A stretch of DNA of 64,000 bases from an uncultured Actinomycetota bacterium (GTDB lineage: Bacteria > Actinomycetota > Actinomycetes > Prado026): contig CAWFVK010000009.1 in the NCBI GenBank assembly GCA_963819215.1, positions 17,267 to 81,266 on the forward strand. The letters run 5' to 3'. Below, in pieces: positions 56,758-64,000 of this stretch; position 1 is the first letter of the stretch; each line of letters opens with the position of its first letter. The translations under genes and the position numbers were made by a program. The notes under the pieces were generated by a model. It searched no databases. It saw nothing but the letters and a program-made list of their open reading frames with translations, and was not told where the DNA came from.

Positions 56758-57550
56758 ATGGGCGCGCTTCTCGACTCCGTCCTGGCGGCGATGGACGCTG
56801 ATCCATCGCACGCGCTCGTGGTCGTCGACTTCGACGGCACCCTCGCCCCGCTGGTCGCTGATCCGCTCGCCGCCGCCCCCTTGCCGGGCGCGATCGAAGC
56901 GCTCGTCGACCTCGCCGGGCGGATCGGGCAGGTGGCGGTGCTGACGGGTCGCCAGGCCGAGGTGGCGGTCCGGCTGGGAGGGCTGGAGCGCGTTCCTCGG
57001 CTCGTGGTGCTCGGGCTGTACGGCGCCGAACGGTGGGACGCCGAGACCGCGGTGCTGCGGTCCGCCGAGGTACCCGCCGGGATGGCCGGGCGCCCGCGCA
57101 GAGGTGGAGGCGCTGGTCGCCGAAGCACCGGCGGGGGTGGGGCTCGAGGACAAAGGCTCGTCGATCGCGGTGCACACCCGGCGCACGGCGCACCCGGACG
57201 CGACGCTCGCCGCCCTCATCCCCTCGCTGCAGCGCATCGCGGCGGACCACGATCTCCTCGCCGAGCCGGGGAAGCTGATCCTGGAGATCCGGGGCCGGGG
57301 CATGGACAAGGGCATCGCGCTGCGGGAGCTCGTCCGGGCCACGGGTTCCGCGGCGGTGCTCTACGCCGGCGACGACCTCGGCGACCTGCCGGCCTTCGCC
57401 GCGGTCAAGCAGCTGCGCGCGGACGGCCTGCCCGCCGTCGGCGTCGCGGTGGCCTCCGAGGGTGCCGATGCGGCGGTTGCGCAGGCGGCGGACGAGACCG
57501 TCTCGGGTCCGCCGGCCTTGCTCGAGGTGCTGCGGCGCATCCGGGCCTAG
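56758..57550 (+). CDS. otsB: trehalose-6-phosphate phosphatase (1 frameshift near 57090 as sequenced)
   Basis: HAD motif I VVVDFDGTLAP. The second part is in ORF 57104..57550 (GLEDKGSSIAVHTRR, ILEIRGRGMDKGIAL, LYAGDDLGDLPAF). Confidence 0.85.
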
Positions 57551-59091
57551 CTCCTGCTGCACTGGTTGAGCGAGCAGCGCCAGCTGGTTCTGGAGCCACA
57601 GGGCCGGTGGCAGCGCGGTGGCCCGGGGAGCGAGACGTTCGGCCCGTGCAAGCCGCTCCGCCGGCGTCCATCGAGAGCGCCGTGTGCAGGGCTTCTGCGG
57701 TCTCGCCGACGTCGTACGGGTTGATGACGAGCGCATCGGCACCGAGCTCGTCGGCGGCGCCGGCCTCACGGCTCAGCACCAGCACGCAGCCCTGCGCGCT
57801 CAGCACCGGGCCTTCCTTGGCGACCAGGTTCATCCCGTCACGCACCGGGTTGACCACCAGCACGTCGGCCAGCTGGAAGGCAGCCAGCGACCTCGGGTAG
57901 TCGTCGTCGACGTCCAGCAGCACGGGCTGCCAGCCCACGTCCCCGAACTCGTCGTTGATCTCGGCAGCCAGCCGCTGCACGGCAGCCGTGTACTCGCGGT
58001 AGACGGGGAGGTCGTGCCGGCTCGGGTAGGCGAACGCGACGTGCATGACGCGGCGGTGCCAGCGTGGCTGCGGCCGCAGCAGCTCGCGGTAGGCCTCCAG
58101 CCCGCGCGACGATGTTCTTCGAGAGCTCCGTGCGGTCGATGCGCAGGATCATCTGCCGGCCGGCCAGCGCCTCGCGCAGGTCTGCGAGCCGGGTGGCGAC
58201 GTCGGGCTGGCTCGCGCGCTGCCGCAGACCGGAACCGTCGACCCCGAGCGGGTGCACGTCGACCGCAGTGGTGCGGCCCCGATGGGTGACGGCCCAGCGG
58301 CGCCACCGGCGCACCACCGGCCGTACCAGCGGCTGTCGCGTCGGGCCCCGCGTCCGCGGCCTGCTGGATGTCGGCCCCGAGGACGTCGGCGCAGCAGTGC
58401 ACGAAGGCCTCGGCCCAGCGCGGTGACAGGAAACCTGCTCGATCGGCACCGAGGATGCCCTCGAGCACGGCCACCCCGACTTGCTCGGGCAGCAGCGCGA
58501 AGTACTCCGGGGGCGCCCAGGGCGTATGCGAGAAGTGCGCGATCCGCAGGTCCGGCCGGAGCTCGCGGAGCTGTCCGGGGTCAGCGTCAGGTGGTAGTCC
58601 TGCACGAGCACCCGCGCGCCTGGCGCCGCCTCGGCCGCCAGCGCCTGGGCGAAGCACTGGTTGTACTCGACGTAGGAGGCCCAGTCCCGCGTGAAGCGGC
58701 TGGAGAAGACGGGCTCGACCGGGGTGTTGAACAGCATGTGGTGCACGAACCACAAGGTCGAGTTGGCCACCGAGCTGTAGGCCCTGCTGAAGGTGCCGGC
58801 GTCGATGTCGAGCATGCGGACGACCGTCTCGGAGTCCGTGCCGCTGTCCTCCGGCGGGACCGGCAACCGGCCGTCCACCGTCGACCGCAGGGCCCGTCGA
58901 TCGGCATCGGAGAGCGCGGCGCACACCCACACGGCACTGCCCGCCGCCGACAGGCCGGAGACCAGCCCGCCGCCGCCACGCCTGGCCACCAGCTCGCCCG
59001 TGTCGGTCACCACGTACGACAGGGGCCCACGGTTCGAGGCGAGCACGACCGGCGCCGTGCCGGCGAGCGAGGCGGGGGTGCGTGCGTCCAC
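57547..59091 (-). pseudogene. otsA: alpha,alpha-trehalose-phosphate synthase (GT20), about 6 frame changes
   Basis: VVLASNRGPLSY.., GGLVSGL, STLWFVHHMLF, VLVQDYHLTL; then LRELRPDLRIAHFSHTPWAPPEYF; GVDG..LREALAGRQMILRIDRTELSKNIV; HVAFAYPSRHDLPVYREY..VNPVRDGMNLVAKEGP.. The fragments rotate through all frames. The proposed stop shares CTAG with the otsB stop. Confidence 0.85.
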
Positions 59092-59100
59092 GAGCCCACC

Positions 59101-60103
59101 CTAGGCGGCGGGTTGAAGGCTCAGCTGGCGCGGGCCGTGCGGTACTCGCCTGGTCTCGCATCGGTGGGCGCTCCACCAGCTCGACGTCGGTCGTCGTCGG
59201 GAGGAACGACGTGGCGTCGTCCCCACGCGCGAACTGGGTCAGGGTCGGGTTCACCGGCGCGCGGCTGCTGATGCGGCCTGCGCGCTCGAGCCTGGCCTGC
59301 GCCACCTGCAGGATCTCGCTGGCCATCAGCCCGAGACGAAGGTCGTCCTGGTGACGGTGGTGCCGCACCCCGAGGTCGACCTGGGCGATGGCATCCAGCC
59401 CGCGCAGCTCCAGCGTGTCGACCAGGATCGCGAGCTCGACGCCGTACCCCGTAGGGAACCAGAGCTGCTCCAGCAACGAACGCCGCGCCGCGTACTCGCC
59501 GGCGAGCGGCTGGACGACGCCAGCGAGCTCGGGCCAGTACAGGTTCAGCAGCGGCCGGGCCACGAGCTCGGTCACCCGTCCGCCGCCTGCAGGGAGAAGC
59601 GTCGCCCCGTCGCTCAGCGGCCGGTCGTAGACGGCCTTCACGAGCTCGACTGCTGGATCGGCGAGCAGCGGCCCGAGCAGGCCGAGGACGTAGGACGAGG
59701 AGAAGTGGCGAAGGTCCGCGTCGACGAAGACGAGCAGGTCCCCGGTGGTCGCGGCGAGCGCGCGCCACAGCACCTCACCCTTGCCGGCGACCGCGGGGAT
59801 CCGGGGCAGGATCTCGTTGCGGTGCACCACCTGCGCGCCGGCCGCCTCGGCCCGGCGTGCGGTGGCGTCGCTCGAGCCCGAGTCGACCACCACGAGCTCG
59901 TCGACCACCGGCCAGCGTCCACCGACCAGGTCGGCCTGCACCGCGGCGACGATGGCTCCGACCGTGTCCTGCTCGTCGAGCGCCGGGAGGACGACCGAGA
60001 CGGTGCAGCCCTGCGCCTGCTTGGCTGCCAGCACGTCGTCGCGGGACCACCGGTCCGCTGAGCTGAGCCGGCGATCGAGCCACCGCTGCACGTCAGGTCG
60101 CAC
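59101..60103 (-). CDS. gpgS: glucosyl-3-phosphoglycerate synthase (GT81); 3' end unresolved (probably 1 frameshift near 59110-59150)
   Basis: TVSVVLPALDEQDTVG, LVVVDSGSSD, GKGEVLWR, LVFVDADL, GGGRVTELVARPLL, PLAGEYAA, GYGVELAILVD, QVDLGVRHHRHQ, ..VERPPM. The GTG at 60103 after GAGAGGGGA is preferred over the low-GC3 extension to 60235. In-frame reading runs into otsA without a stop, and a +1-type shift would give the TAG at 59101. Confidence 0.8.
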
Positions 60104-60230
60104 GGTGGTCCCCTCTCGGCCCTCGCGCCCGTCACCGTCTCGCCAGCCGGACAGCTGGTCTCGCGTGATGGCGGGGTTCGGTACAGTTTCCGTCACGTTC
60201 GCCGTAGCGGCGAGCCACAACTTCATATCG

Positions 60231-60338
60231 CTCATCCAGAGGGGCAGAGGGAACGGCCCGTTGAAGCCCCGGCAACCAGAGCGCAGATGCTCCAGGTGCC
60301 AACTCCGTCCTGCCGAGGATTTCGGCGGGGAAGATGAG
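60231..60338 (+). promoter_or_regulatory. SAM-I (S-box) riboswitch
   Basis: CTCATCCAGAGGGGCAGAGGGAACGGCCCGTTGAAGCCCCGGCAACC...CCAGGTGCCAACTCC...GAAGATGAG matches the S-box core (AUC.AGAG.GG..GAGGGA..GGCCC..UGAA.CC.GGCAACC ... GGUGC.AA.UCC ... GAUGAG). The P1 3' strand GATGAG runs into the SD GAGGAGAGG, 8 nt before the ATG at 60352. Confidence 0.85.
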
Positions 60339-60351
60339 GAGAGGATTCATC

Positions 60352-61690
60352 ATGACCACCGTCACCTCTGTGACAGACAGCTCTGTGACACCCAGCGCGG
60401 TGACACCCAGCTCGGTGACACCACCCGGCCAGCCCCTCGGTCGTCGCCGATTCGAATGCCCGGCCCTACGGCCCCGCGACGGCGCTGGTCTGTCGCGAGT
60501 GTGGTGAGCGGTACGCCCTCGGTGCGCGGTACGCCTGCGACGAGTGCTTCGGGCCCCTCGAGGTCGGCTACGACTTCGGCACCGTCACCCGCGAGCAGAT
60601 CGAGCAGGGTCCCGCCTCCATCTGGCGGTACGCACCGCTCCTGCCGGTCGCCGCGGATCCGAGCGCCCGCCCCGTCGACCTCCAGCCCGGGTGGACCCGG
60701 CTCCACCGCGCGGACAACCTCGCCGCAGCGCTCGGCATGCGCTCCCTGTACGTCAAGGACGACAGCGGCAACCCCACGCACTCGTTCAAGGACCGCGTGG
60801 TCGCCGTCGCGGTGACCGCCGCTCACACCCTCGGGCTCGGCACCATCGCCTGCGCGTCGACCGGCAACCTCGCCGGTGCGGTGGCGGCGGCAGCGGCCAG
60901 GGCGGGGCTGCGCTCCGTGGTGCTCATCCCCGACGACCTCGAGGACGGCAAGACGCTGAACGCCGCGGTCTACGGCGGCTCGCTGGTCGCGGTGCAGGGC
61001 AACTATGACGACGTCAACCGGCTCTGCAGCGAGGTCGCGTTCGACCACCCCGAGTGGGGCTTCGTGAACGTCACGCTCCGCCCGTTCTACGCCGAGGGAT
61101 CGAAGACGGTCGGGTTCGAGATCGCCGAGCAGCTCGGCTGGCGCCTGCCGCAACAGGTCGTCGCCCCGATCGCCTCTGGCTCGCTGCTGACCAAGGTGGA
61201 CAAGGCCTGGCGCGAGCTCGCCGCCCTCGGCCTCGTCGAGACCACGCCGTACCGGGTGTTCGGTGCGCAGGCCACCGGCTGCTCGCCGGTGTCACGAGCG
61301 TTCGCCGACGGGCAGGACGTCGTCCGACCCGTGAAGCCGGACACGATCGCCAAGTCGCTGGCCATCGGCAACCCCGCGGACGGCCCCTACGCGCTCGACG
61401 TCGTGCGGCGGACCGGCGGTGCGATCGCCGACGTCTCGGACACCGAGGTCGTCGAGGGCATCCGGCTGCTCGCCGAGACCGAGGGGATCTTCGCGGAGAC
61501 CGCGGGCGGCGTGACCGTCGCAGTCCTGCGCAAGCTGCTCGCCGAGGGCACCCTCGACCCGGACGCCGAGACGGTGATCCTCAACACCGGTGACGGCCTC
61601 AAGACCCTGGATGCCATCGCCGACGTCGTCGGCCCGACCGTCACCATCCGTCCGTCCCTGGACGCATTCCGAGAGGCTGGCCTGGCGTGA
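60352..61690 (+). CDS. threonine-synthase-like PLP enzyme with N-terminal zinc ribbon (MetM-like; 1 frameshift near 60430-60460 as sequenced)
   Basis: The ATG at 60352 opens a short frame carrying 4 pentapeptide repeats. The main frame has no start codon before 60737 but encodes PYGPATALVCRECGERYALGARYACDECFGPLEV (Cys4 ribbon), KDDSGNPTHSFKDRV (PLP lysine), ACASTGNLAG, NTGDGLK. Confidence 0.8.
60367..60426 (+). repeat. 15-bp tandem repeat x4 at codons 6-25 of the ThrC-like gene (SVTDS-SVTPS-AVTPS-SVTPP)
   Basis: TCTGTGACAGACAGC, TCTGTGACACCCAGC, GCGGTGACACCCAGC, TCGGTGACACCACCC. Each copy carries GTGACA, which puts TGA stops in the adjacent frame. Confidence 0.9.
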
Positions 61691-61962
61691 GCGTCACCGT
61701 CCGAGTCCCCACCATCCTGCGCCAGTACACCGGCGGCGCCTCCGAGGTCAGCGTCGAGGGCGGCACCCTCGCCGAGGTCGTGACGGCGCTCGAGGCGGCG
61801 CACCCTGGCATCGGCCCGCGCGTGCTCGACGACGACGGCAAGCTGCGCCGCTTCGTCAACGTGTACGTCGGGGACGAGGACGTCCGCTTCGCCGAGGGCC
61901 TGGCGACGGCGACGCCGGCCGGGTCCACCGTCTCGGTGATTCCGGCCGTCGCTGGCGGCTAG
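61687..61962 (+). CDS. MoaD/ThiS-family sulfur-carrier protein ending in Gly-Gly (MetO/CysO-like)
   Basis: Intact 91 aa. The ubiquitin-like pattern reads VTVRVPTILRQYTGGASEVSV.G.TLAEVVTAL......VNVYVGDEDVR........GSTVSVIPAVAGG*. Its GTG overlaps the upstream stop (GTGA). Confidence 0.85.
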   Translation: MSVTVRVPTILRQYTGGASEVSVEGGTLAEVVTALEAAHPGIGPRVLDDDGKLRRFVNVYVGDEDVRFAEGLATATPAGSTVSVIPAVAGG

Positions 61963-62007
61963 CCGCTACTACGCTGGGACCCGGTGGGACGCGACGAAGG
62001 AGTACGG

Positions 62008-62208
62008 ATGGCGCAGGGCACCGTGAAGTGGTTCAACGCGGACAAGGGCTACGGCTTCATCGGGTCCGACGAAGGCCCTGACGTGTTCGTCCACTACAGC
62101 GCCATCGAGGGCAGCGGCCACAAGTCGCTCGACGAGGGCGACCGCGTCGAGTTCGAGGTCTCGCAGGGCCAGCGCGGTCCGCAGGCCGACGGCGTGCGCA
62201 AGCTCTAG
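62008..62208 (+). CDS. cspA: cold-shock protein (CspA family)
   Basis: [18 protein letters not shown] (RNP1) and DVFVHYSAI (RNP2). The ATG at 62008 follows GAAGGAG. Confidence 0.92.
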   Translation: MAQGTVKWFNADKGYGFIGSDEGPDVFVHYSAIEGSGHKSLDEGDRVEFEVSQGQRGPQADGVRKL

Positions 62209-62223
62209 CGGCGCGCTCGACGG

Positions 62224-62250
62224 CTTGCACTCACAGGGGTCGAGTGCTAA
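62224..62250 (+). promoter_or_regulatory. CIRCE element (HrcA operator), copy 1
   Basis: CTTGCACTC-N9-GAGTGCTAA versus the consensus TTAGCACTC-N9-GAGTGCTAA. Confidence 0.85.
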
Positions 62251-62258
62251 TCATTGAG

Positions 62259-62285
62259 TTAGCACTCCCCTAGGGCGAGTGACAG
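62259..62285 (+). promoter_or_regulatory. CIRCE element (HrcA operator), copy 2 (right arm degenerate)
   Basis: TTAGCACTC-N9-GAGTGACAG, 8 nt after copy 1 and 125 nt upstream of the groEL ATG. Confidence 0.7.
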
Positions 62286-62313
62286 CAGTACCTGACCGAG
62301 ATCGTGGAGATGA

Positions 62314-64000
<1,687 letters not shown>

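Noticed and set aside
57830-60235. The 801-aa ORF, and likewise the 727-aa ORF at 52625..54808.
   Set aside because: These are chimeric reads. The first is gpgS running without a stop into out-of-frame otsA. The second is sirA running into the cysH N-terminus. They are better explained as adjacent genes plus frame changes.

Overview
This is a 64-kb, very GC-rich chromosomal segment (about 70% or more by eye, not computed). Its gene content looks actinobacterial, Micrococcales-like. I call about 60 protein genes and see no rRNA, tRNA, CRISPR array, transposase, integrase or phage genes.

Modules in order:
- a kinase/flippase-like membrane protein
- a ClC channel translationally coupled to a K+ channel
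- a GH13 enzyme, a 7-TM PQ-loop transporter and a LacI regulator
- a run of broken accessory genes: LacI, APH-type phosphotransferase, MerB-like lyase, Ku, a PEP-utilising enzyme and a secreted protein
- a block of small intact housekeeping or accessory genes
- a ROK (XylR-like) regulator and xylA
- a YCII protein and an ECF sigma factor
- an S53 peptidase
- pirin, cupin, ABM and PadR genes
- a CGNR protein, a 1023-aa FtsX permease and a tandem ABC ATPase
- fdsGBAD, folD and purU
- oleA-oleBC-oleD (olefin synthesis)
- sirA-cysH-cbiX
- DUF3263 and LytR_C proteins
- otsB facing gpgS-otsA
- a SAM-I riboswitch driving a ThrC-like/MoaD-like pair
- cspA
- two CIRCE operators and groEL (cut by the window end)

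The most striking property is roughly 80 hand-traced frame changes in about 22 otherwise well-conserved genes. They are strongly clustered and mostly behave as single extra bases. Sequencing or consensus error and real gene decay cannot be separated from sequence alone.

Several short tandem repeats (12-16 bp) also sit in coding linkers, in promoters and exactly on stop codons.

I did not find a convincing wholly new multi-gene system. The best candidates for follow-up are the riboswitch-controlled ThrC-like/sulfur-carrier pair, the ole cluster, the stop-codon-reiterating repeats and the frame-disruption pattern itself.
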